From assembly GCF_026210795.1 (NCBI RefSeq), contig NC_089433.1, positions 5,084,001 to 5,148,000 of the forward strand: a stretch of 64,000 nucleotides of DNA, in the 5' to 3' direction. The DNA is from Rhizophagus irregularis (Eukaryota). Positions 53,223 to 64,000 of the stretch are shown here, one piece after another; within the stretch, counting starts at the first letter, position 1; every line of letters starts with the position of its first letter. Both the position numbers and the translations under genes were made by a program. The notes beneath the pieces were generated by a model that saw nothing but the letters and a program-made list of their open reading frames with translations, was not told the DNA's origin and made no database searches.

Positions 53223-56200
53223 ATTATAATATTGTATATTAGACTATCAAATAAGGGTACAGCGTTTTTTCATAATTTGATCGCAGTCGATTATTATTAT
53301 TTTTTTTTGTAATACCATCAGATGATTCAGATCGGTCTTAACCGGGATGTTATGCGGTTTGCACCAAATGTTAAATTATCAATCAGTCTTTATTATGACA
53401 TTCTGTATAGATAATGAAAATAATATGCAAATTAAATATTTCATTAATAAAATTACTAATGTATACATAATAGCCATAATAGATAATATATTTAAGTAAT
53501 CAATTATATCAATTATTATTATTTAACTGTTTATGGCTATAACAAATTAAATAACTATTGAATATTTTATATTATAGTTATCTCTATTATCTTCAATGTT
53601 TGTTACATTTTCGGTAAAAGCCCTGTTTCTGCATAGCCCGCCCGAATTTTGCCAAAAAAATTACGCCACGCGTCACCTTTAGCTCTGCCACATTTTTGCA
53701 TATATAAACCCTTTGTTTTTATTCAACTTAAAAAATTTACTTCTACTCAATGCTTATATTTAACCACTCACTTTACTGAAAAGTTAATATTCTATTATAA
53801 AAAAAAATTTTCCCATCAAATTTAACTTATTCTTAAAATAAAAAAAAATTTCTCCCACTTAATACTTATGCATGAAAATTATCCCAAATACACCGTAAAA
53901 TTAATTTAAAATAAAAAAATTATATTCTCTTCAAAGATTAAGCTAGAACCGAAATGGGTCTAACAAAATTATTTTTAATCATTTGTAATGATTGCATTAG
54001 CAAATTATATGATTGGAATTTTTCATCAATATATTATTGATAAACTATAAATAATCGTAATTTATCCAAATAATCAGTATTAATAATAAACATTCACTTC
54101 ATTCATATTCACACCAAACCTACATTAATATCACTTTATTCATATTCACACCAAGCCCACTTATTCATATTTTTATGTTAATAAATATCTCTTATTTCAA
54201 ATAATTTTTTTAGACCAAACAATCATATACTTCTATATTCTCAATACTCAACAAATGGATCTAGCAGATACATTTCAATCAAAGACTGCCCATTTATTGA
54301 ATTCAAATGTCAAGGAATTAAGCATTGACAATATGCAAATACTGAATTTAATAATCAAGAATATCAAATATATTGATTTGAAGAGAATAATAAAGAATAT
54401 ATTCTGATCGATTATTCAACATAACATATAGGATTGTTAAAATTTATGCAATTATATTGTACAATCAATAATCTTTATCAACTCTTCTCACTTGAAACTT
54501 CAGTGAATTATTATATTTATCATTATCATTATCTAAAATATACATGAAATTTTTTTTATTAAAATAGTAATATGAACAAATATATTTGATAATTATTAAT
54601 TCACATAATTCATTACCAAACCTTGAAGCTCACCAACGAAGAGTTCAACGGATACAAAGTTTGTAATAAATAAATATTCAATTATTGGTGTAATTTATGT
54701 AGTTGAAGCATATATTAATATAGATACGCCTTTGGGTAAGCAAGAAAAGCGAGCAATATTACTATATTAATAGATAATTCAATTTTTACTTATATATTTT
54801 GGTTCTTCAAACATTGGTTCTCTATATTTCATTAAAAATCACATTTTCTTTCATTTATTATGTGTCTCATTTTTACTATTCATTATTTATTAGATATCAC
54901 ATTTCATAATTAAGCTTTAATTTAAAAATTGTTGAACTCTTGACTTTAAAGCCAAAAAATATGCATTACTGTTTATTGCTAATAATCTTCCTCACTTAGA
55001 TAGAAATCAATATATGATTGATGACAAGAAAAGGGAACATTTCAATATATAATTAACATACATTATAAGTTTGGATTTATGAATATTTCAACAATTTAAA
55101 TATAGCAAACATACATATATAAAGACAAATTTCTCTTGAAATATTCTTGGACTTATATATATAGATTTATTGAAAATAAAATTAAATATCCTATTTACAG
55201 CCTTTGCAGATAACATAACTTGAACATGAATAGCTAATTCCAAAGAACAATTTTAGATTTATAATGGACTTTATTACCTAATAAATGGCAAAAATAAATG
55301 GGAAAATATAACTCAGTTGTTAAATGACAGAACTTATATCAATGATAATACATTCAGTAGTATCAGATTTACCAATTAATTTTCAATGTACAATCTTGAA
55401 TATTAATAATATCTCAGCAATTATATTAATTTAAATCAACTTATAAGATACCTGATTAGAAGGAAATGAAGCCATTATTGCTGCAGTGAATCTAACGCTG
55501 ATGATTATATAAGAATGCTTATTATAAAGTAGTGTGGTTATCATTTTTTTCAATACTCCCTTGTTTTGGAAAAGTGAAAGAGACCATTTGAACATAAAAA
55601 GATAAAAACAACTTAATTTTTCTTGTGGAAAGGCAAATTGATTTTGTAGGCTTCCATTGCAAGTTTCATTTTCAGTTGTATACAAATTTCTGTATAATAG
55701 AAACCAGGTTGTTCCATCTAGTAATTCTCAACAAAGTGTAACAAGTATAGATTATATATGGATGTCACAAATTTTATTCTCTGAAATTAAAGATATTTCA
55801 CCAACAGTAATTAAAACTACTTTTTTATTTAACTACTAAATATGTGAAAGAACAGGCTATATTTGAGTTTATTTTATAGTTTTTAAACTATTTCAACAAA
55901 CAATAATTAATTTAGTTAAATTAAATATTGATTTTACAAATATTGTCAATCCTAATTTAAATTAAGGGGATAAAAAAAACTTCTGGAAATTTTGTGTGCT
56001 CTTTGTCCAAAAACAATATTATATTACCTTTGAATAAACTTCAAAGAGCACTAATGTTTGAATACATGCTTTATTTTATATTTCTTATATTTTGTTTAAA
56101 GAACATTATAGAACATTATAGAAACAATTCAAAAAACTAAATATTTAGGACTTTATACATGAATCTATAAAAGATCTGTAGAATAAATTTAGGATCAAAT

Positions 56201-57300
56201 GTGAAGATTTCAAACTTATTTTCTTATAACTTCAAATTACAATTAAAAACATTTTCGCGACTCTAGTTGCAGGAGAAAGAAGAGTTTCAAGAACTCCAAG
56301 TGACGCCTACTCATATCGTGATAGAAACGCCTGAGAAAATCAAATTGGTAGAAATACAACGATCCTATGCACTGACAGATGACAAAGGGACTTTTAAATA
56401 TGTTGTCAGGCAATACAGCGACCAATAAATGGCAGTATAATTATCTATTTATTGGAATTATATTATTCTTTGTTAAACTTATTTTCAACATACTATATAT
56501 GTTGAACAATTTAAGAAATTATTATAGAAAATTTAAAATAATAGAAACCATAAAAGATTCTGATAAGTTTCAGAAAAAAAAAATTAAAAATGCAATAGAC
56601 AATATTATTTAATAATCATCAATATAGAGAATACAAAAGAGCAGTGATGATTCTTTTCATTTTACAAGAAAATATAGAAGTTATAAATCTGATGAATATT
56701 TTTTCAAATGGAATCACAATAAGTAATGTTAAGAAAACAAAGAGTTCATAATGGAAGATAACTTACTATATTATAGTGAATCATTTATGCAAAATTTTAT
56801 ACTATAATATTTTTAATATAATCAGTCATTTAAAATAAGAAAATTAATTAATACAGTATATTAATTATTAAGATAACATAGTATTTTTTTCAAGTTATTA
56901 AACAAAATTTGAAATTATAATAATTTTATTATCACAGACCCCATAACAGAATAATCAAAATTTTAATTTTGGGAACTCTCCTTTGTGTAGTTATTGATAG
57001 TGTTTTCCCTTTAACAATTGTAACCTACTACTAGAGTCTTATTTGAAGATTGAATCAAATTGTTGAAAGCCTCCTATTTTGGCAAAGAAAACTATTACCT
57101 AGAAATATATATATTACTATCTGGAAAAGACTATATTCTCTCAAGAATTTAGAAAGACAAACAGTTTCTCTGTATAGACGGAGAAAATATGACATTTAAT
57201 AATAGAATAGAAATATTATAAAATATTATTTCTTTAATCAAAAATGACTGTATCCCTACCATACATTCCTATTACTGAGACCTCCAAGGAGATACAGAGG

Positions 57301-57452
57301 TAACCCTTATCCAATACTAGCAGTACACTGAGGGCTTATAGAAGGGTTATTAACCCTTATCCAATACCAGTAGTACACTGGAGGGCTTATAGAAGGGTTA
57401 TTAACCCTTATTCAATACCAGTAGTACACTGGAGGGTTTATAGAAGGGTTAT
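57301..57452 (+). repeat. About 51-bp tandem repeat, 3 copies
   Basis: taacccttatccaatac(t/c)ag(c/t)agtacactg(g)agggcttatagaagggttat repeated three times. Confidence 0.9.
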
Positions 57453-57958
57453 TAGATCAACATAAGTCTTAGTTGAAACATTTAGCTATTCTCATTAAAT
57501 TTTATTTTATATAGAAAATGACCAAGGATATCACAAAAAAATTACTCAAAACTTTTATCTACCAACACCAGATAAATTTCAAGAAACAACAAATACTTTC
57601 ATGGAATGAATATCTGAAGACTTTATAAAAAGATTTAAAAGGGTATCTTTTTACAAATAAACTTCATTTTTTTTCTAAAGAAACTTAGTAAAAGAAATGA
57701 ATGGAAAGACTGTCTTTGTGACTGTCTTTTTGCAAGAAAAAGAAGGATTTTTTACAATTGAATGATAAGGATTTATTGGGAAAACAATAACAAAATTACG
57801 ACTTAAACAATTACAAAGCAGATTTTGGATAGAAAATAGTATAGTTGTCAATTTCCTTTCAACAATGGTTTTTATAAAAAATTGTTTTATAAGAAAAATT
57901 ATTGTTATTGGATTTTAGAAAATATTAAAAAATAATAATATAGAAATTTTAAAAAAGA

Positions 57959-58330
57959 ATTAAAAGATACTTTTTTAAATATACTTTACCATCACCAAGG
58001 CTATTGAGATATATAGAAGTAGCCTTTATTAATATAAAGAAGGATTTTTTAAAATAAAATTAAAAGATGCTTTTTTAAATATATTTTACCATCACCAAGG
58101 CTATTGAGATATATAGAAGTAGCCTTTATTAAGATAAAGAAGGATTTTTTAAAATAAAATTAAAAGATGCTTTTTTAAATATACATTACCATCACCAAGG
58201 CTATTGAGATATATAGAAGTAGCCTTTATTAAGATAAAGAAGGATTTTTTAAAATAAAATTAAAAGATACTTTTTTAAATACATTTTTTTCATCACCTAG
58301 GCTACTGAAATATATAGAAGTAGCCCTTAT
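57959..58330 (+). repeat. 100-bp tandem repeat, about 3.7 copies
   Basis: taaaagat(a/g)cttttttaaat..catcaccaaggctattgagatatatagaagtagcc at 57961, 58061, 58161 and 58261. Confidence 0.92.
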
Positions 58331-61126
58331 TCAACAGATTGCTAATAAAAATTATTGGATCTCAGTCTTTAAATTAGTAATAAATCATAACTAGAAAATA
58401 TTGTCTAAAAAAAAATTATAAAAGAACAGTATGCATTTAGGAAAATTATATTATTCAATTTAATATATTACAGAGAAATATTTAAACAACTAGAGAACTT
58501 ACAAAAGAAAATGGGACATTAATAATAGTATAGAAATATTATATTTCATTGAAAATGTCTACAATTCTGCTTCCCCGACACACCTCCTTATTATTGAAGC
58601 ACCAAGGAGATGTAGAAGCAACCTGATAGAAGAATTATCAGATCTTGATCTTAAACTGATTATATTATTAAAATATAATTCTCTATATTGAAGATATAGA
58701 TATATGTATATTTATTTATGATATTATTTCAAATGATAAAACAGCAAAAACAAACACTTTTTATTTATAAAACATTTATTAAAATAATTGCCAAATCTTT
58801 AATTATAGTAGTAATTTTAGAAATTATACACATTTTACATATTGATAAAAATTTAATTGCCTTTTTAGATTACATATTATAAGTTTTATTTTATTAACAA
58901 TTATAAAATTTTACATAATTCCTTTTATGATAGTATTTGTTCAGTCACATTAGATGGGAACATAAAATTTAATGGAAAATCATTATAACTTATTGCCATC
59001 CTTTATTTATGAAGTTTTTCTCTTAAATGTTTAGATTTCTCTAATTCTTGTTATTATATCTTTGAAATTTCAAATTTCTTTTAATTCTTATTATTATATC
59101 TTGAAAAATTCATCCCTTTTAGCATAACAATATGCATTAATTTATTTTTAATTTTATTTATAATAATTATTTTTTTCACAAACCTGTCACTCATCTACAA
59201 AATGGTGGTAATATTTATTAGAAACATTTTAAAAAAATATGATATTGCACCAACATACTAAAACGTATTCATTAATACATGCAATATAGATAGAGTAAGA
59301 ATTTAAAAAATCTGAATTTTAAATGGAATGACGAATTCATTAATGAACAATTAAAATTTGTAAATAGATCACAAAAAAGATTTTATTATCAAGTAATCAA
59401 TGATTATGGAAAAAAAGTCTATAGATAAAAGAATTATATAGAAGGACAAATACATAAACAATACTGCTATTCTTAATTATATTTCCTTTTAAATAATTAT
59501 CCAAAATTAGATTAAATATAGTAATTCTAATCACTTTCCTTATGGATCAATTACCAAAAAATGACAAGTATTACAAAGAGTTCCAAAGTCATAATTTGAA
59601 TACAAAAAATATTTAAGATAAAAAGACAATAAAACTCAGGTACAAAAGAGAATAAAAATGGAAGTTCTGTAGGTAAAACAGATATACTGCTGAAGAACAA
59701 AAATAAACTGAGAAAACAATACAAATGAAAAAAATGGTAAACAATAATAAATAGAAATGGTAATAAAAATAGTTATATGAAGTATTAATAACAAATGATC
59801 TAAAAAATATGATTATTAACAAATTAATTTGATAAAAAAAAGAGCTACCAATGTGATTTTGATTTAATATGGATAGATAAAAATGATAGCAATTGGGAAA
59901 TGCTAATAGGAGAATTTTCCAGAAAGCCTTTTGATATAGTTCTTAATAAATGAAAATTATTTAGAATTATGAAAGATTGTCTGGATTTTACTAATAATTA
60001 ATGAAAAACAAGTATTGACAACATAAGAAGGTTTTCTTTCCTGAATCTCATTTTTTGCAAATTCTGCAGTAATAGAAAATTTTATTTCAAATATACTTTA
60101 CTAATAAAAGTACCTCAGAACCAAAGTTATTTATGGAATTTAAGGTTTCTAAAAAAAGAATATTTAAAGAAGATTACAGCTATTTCAAACAACATTTCAG
60201 CTAGTTTCTTAACATTTATACTGGAACTAACTGTATACAGTTGGTACATGCGAAAATATACAATTTAGCAACATTGGACAGAAAAGAGGTCACGATAATG
60301 AAGAATTGGTGACTCAAAAAGGATTAATGCAGAAGTTAGACAAAGCAAACTTTTTATATTAACTTAGAAACTTAATACTTAAACAATTAAAAATAATTCC
60401 TTATCTATCAACACTATTATTATTAACACAGTAATGGAATGCAATTAGTTCCAGCTACTTCCCTATTTCTCATATATAACTTTACTATAAAAAATGCATC
60501 TTCTTTGAGAATTTCTTATTATAACTCATAACTCTTCAAAACCCTAAAAGTACTGCTGTACCTTATGGATTAGATGTTGAGTATGGCACAATAGAAATGC
60601 TGCTAATACATTACAAATCACAAATGCTATAAAGGATACAATGAAATTAGATTATCAGCTAAATGATACTATGAAAATATTCTGAAAGAAATATAAACTC
60701 AAAAAATCTGTGCAGAAATCACAATTACAATTAAGATTACCAATCAATATGCTTCATTAATAAAGATAAGAATATACTAAACTTATTAATGATAGTTTAA
60801 AATTTAAATTTTTAATGATTTAATGGAGAATTTTAAACTTTTAGTTATGGATTTATCCACTTTGATAATGAACAATGCAAAGAAGAATTTTATAATAAAG
60901 TAAAAGGATTAAGAATTACATTAGAAAAAGAAAATAACATTGTAGTTCAATTTCTTCCTATAAAAAGATAATAAGATAGTTCAAGTAATAATGGACATTA
61001 AAACCAAAGATTCAGAACAAAATATGAGATCTTATCATCTATATATAGTATACCTACCTTCAGGATGCTGGTTAATGATTTTAAAGTACAGAAAAAATAC
61101 CTAAATGGTTAGACTTAAAATAACAC

Positions 61127-61228
61127 AATAGAGCTGACACTGTATTTGTATATTTCAAAGAAGGTTGTGATCACTTTGGTACACCAAGTCACGTCTGAGC
61201 AGACTGTGGTGGAGAGAATGTTAAAGTG
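61127..61228 (+). pseudogene. Fragment of a DDE integrase-core transposase
   Basis: Translates NRADTVFVYFKEGCDHFGTPSHV*ADCGGENVKV, matching the G-x-PSRVR-x-D-x-G-x-EN second-Asp motif of IS3/IS481-like integrase cores. Confidence 0.65.
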
Positions 61229-62079
61229 CAAAGACTATCATTATTTATATATTCAACTTTTGATAGAGATAACTGGACAACATTTTTTGAAAGGATAACC
61301 AAAAAAGATACTACAAAAAGGAACTACAAATAAAATTTCTCCAGAAGAAAGCCAAACTGATTTTTGTTATATCTCTTAGTAAACCAAAAGATAGTCTAGT
61401 AATTAACTGATGAAACATATAAACTGAAGGTAGAACTGAAGACATCATAACAACAACCAAAAAATTAGAGCATAAGATTTACATCATATAAAGAAAAAAT
61501 ATAAAGAATTCTAGGTGGCTATATATAACATTTCAGATTCAATAACTATAAAATAACTAAATATGGTTACATCTTATAAGGATTATTGTGTAAAATGTTG
61601 GAATAAAGTTCATAAATATAAAAGTTGCCAAAACAAAAAAAAAAGAGAGCCTTGGACGCCCAAATAATTTATTTTATAATTTTGTAAGTAAATTTTGAAA
61701 GGTGAAGGCAATCTGTTGCAATTAGGTAAACATCCAGATTATATTTGTAATGATAGATAATGGAAAATATAAACTTATATATGTGGAATGTTCATATTTT
61801 CAAAAGTCAGTTTGATAATAGGATCACATTTCATCCACTCATTTTCACATCTTTCTACATATAATAGGATGTACAAAATTATATAACATCAAATGGGAAA
61901 TGCAAACTTGGAAATTTATTGTTAGATTAAATGGAAAGATTATGGAAGCATAGATCAGCAGCTTCTTAGAATACCTCATGCCAAAACATGCATGTAAACT
62001 AAATTTTATTGAGATAACAGAAGATAGCAAAATATAATAGTAGAATAAATGTTCTTCCATATATAAATCTTAAAATGTT

Positions 62080-62442
62080 CATGAGAGAAACATGTTACTA
62101 TTTACTATTTTTTGATTATTTAGAAACTCTCAAAACATCACATTACAAATCCTTTTTAGTACAAATACCTAGATTGCTTGGGCTGGGCACAGAAGTAATA
62201 TCATTTAGTGGGATTACTTTACAAAAGAAATAAAATTTGCAACATAACACTAGTATTTAACACAGAAAATAATCATATCATATAGTCACTGTAGACTTTC
62301 CCTTTAATTAATAAAGACAATCAAGATGAATATTTCTAATACAACATGGAATGATTTTGAAAAAAACTTTATAAGGTTGTTATATCAGAAAATGATCTTT
62401 TAGAGCAATTTGATACAAAAATGAATATTAAAAGAATTAAAG
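62080..62442 (+). pseudogene. Two scrambled fragments of a HECT-gene exon homologous to 42690-42885
   Basis: 62080-62135 matches 42829-42885 (atgagagaaacatgttac..tttgattattta). 62315-62442 matches 42690-42820 (atcaagatgaa..caatttgatac..aaaagaatt). The order is swapped. Confidence 0.8.
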
Positions 62443-62479
62443 TTTCTTAAATTAATAATTTATTAAGAAATAAATTTAT

Positions 62480-63575
62480 AAATTACATACTTCAACTATT
62501 TTAAAAATACCCACAGAAACTCATCATATACCTTTTGATACAAATACCTTACTATTCAGGAAGGTGATATTGTTTTATCATCTACAGATTTTCCAACAGA
62601 AATCCATAATGAAGATTTTTACTGCACTCACCTAATGGCTGGAATTATAAAAAACACCAACTACAACCATTCCACTTGCATTTGATAATCCAGATCTTAA
62701 ACTATTGATTTTTCCAGATTTATTTCCTGATGGACAAAGACACTTTTATAATCAAAGTATAGATACTTTAGAGAATAATTCAATAAAAATAGAAACATAT
62801 GGAAAATATATAAAATACCACCTATTATGTGTTATCCATGCTTTCATTTACACCCTTATTGGCCACACTATTCATATTTAAAATTAGAAAAGTCACAAAA
62901 TCATCAAAATATACAATGTGACTCTGGCATCAAAAACAATCAAATAGAATATACCATTTACCAACAGCTTCAAAACTTATCACATGTAATATATATACAG
63001 ACAAATAATGTTTGATTGATAAAAGTAAAACTACTACATTGCCATCATTTATATGAACAGGAGATAGTACATACTTTCATGAAAAACTTTTACATATTAA
63101 TGCTATGATAATAAGAGAATTTAAATTACCTTCTTTTTTTTAATAGAATTAGTCAAGTGATCCAAATAATCTGTCATCTGATACATACATCAAATATTAT
63201 GTTAACTGCAAAATGGTATATTAAAAAATATATTAATAAAATCAACAAACTGATGGTATAAGTATAATACCAACAAATAATAGGCAATTATATATATCTA
63301 TTCACCTACTCATCACAAAATAAAGAGAACATTGGAATCATGATTGGAAAAAACCTGCAAATAGTAATTGGGGAATCTTATAATTCTTATTCATTTTTTT
63401 GAATGTTTGAATTTCAAAATAAAGGAGCACCACATACATATATAATACTCTGAATTAAAAAAAAACAATAGATAAAATGATTAATGAAATTATAGTTAGG
63501 TCTACTTTTCCTAATTCAGAACTTGAATCTGAATTTTACCAATTAGTAATAAATCATCAACTTCATATGTACTGT
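62480..63575 (+). mobile_element. Decayed Helitron Rep (HUH endonuclease) fragments
   Basis: Broken-frame pieces FPDLFPDGQRHFY, FHLHPYWPHYSY, TTLPSFI*TGD, F.LPSF, EFQNKGAPHT (Helitron E-x-Q-x-RG-x-x-H-x-H motif) and YQLVINHQLH. Confidence 0.75.
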
Positions 63576-64000
63576 GACATTAAACATACCAAGTATTATG
63601 GTGATATGGCATTATCAATCTTTGAACATGTTGAAAATTGGATTTATAATAATCTGACAGATCCAATAGCTGAAAGATCCAGAATATAATTTCCCTTTCC
63701 CACTCTTAGCTTATCCTGTTAATAGTACTTTACATTTCTAATACACTGATAGAAAAAGCTAACAATTTTTATAATTCTAGAAAATGTGGTGGTTCCGTAC
63801 CTTCTAGCAAAATATGCAAAAAGAATTTTCCTCACAGGGAGATCAATAATAATAATTGGGATGATTAATATTGCTAACTGGGATGATCAATATTACATAT
63901 GGAAAGATCAATGTTTGAAATGTTTGATATATTAAATATGTTAAATATATCACACAAATGGCATATATGGGATATATTGAATATTAAACACTTCTAGATT

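Overview
Very AT-rich eukaryotic DNA with short (about 70 nt) GT-AG introns. The gene families and repeat content strongly resemble an arbuscular mycorrhizal fungus (Glomeromycota, Rhizophagus-like); this is an inference. The backbone is a tandem cluster of tyrosine-kinase-like (TKL) protein kinase genes: one apparently intact 7-8 exon gene (17169-21354), one frameshifted paralog (45674-48605) and the 3' relic of a third (about 8141-8250 plus 16270-16700). The N-terminal part of these kinases is a variable number (6 vs 3) of exon-sized modules, each a Cys4 motif plus a kinase N-lobe. The modules are all joined by phase-0 introns and show three localised hypervariable patches and patchwork recombination; this is the most interesting system in the window. 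The rest is mostly nested mobile DNA: a TSD-flanked LINE (EN-RT-RNase H-CCHC), a 3'-truncated LINE, an ORF1-only polyA element, several hAT-like and other MITEs with exact TSDs, a decayed D5/SF3 helicase locus with short oriented repeats, a HECT E3 ligase gene behind a TATGG end and a 21-bp repeat array (possibly IS3EU-like), several apparently non-coding micro-exon/intron arrays, and a distal ~10 kb mosaic of gene and TE shards including Helitron Rep fragments. No rRNA, tRNA or CRISPR array was seen.
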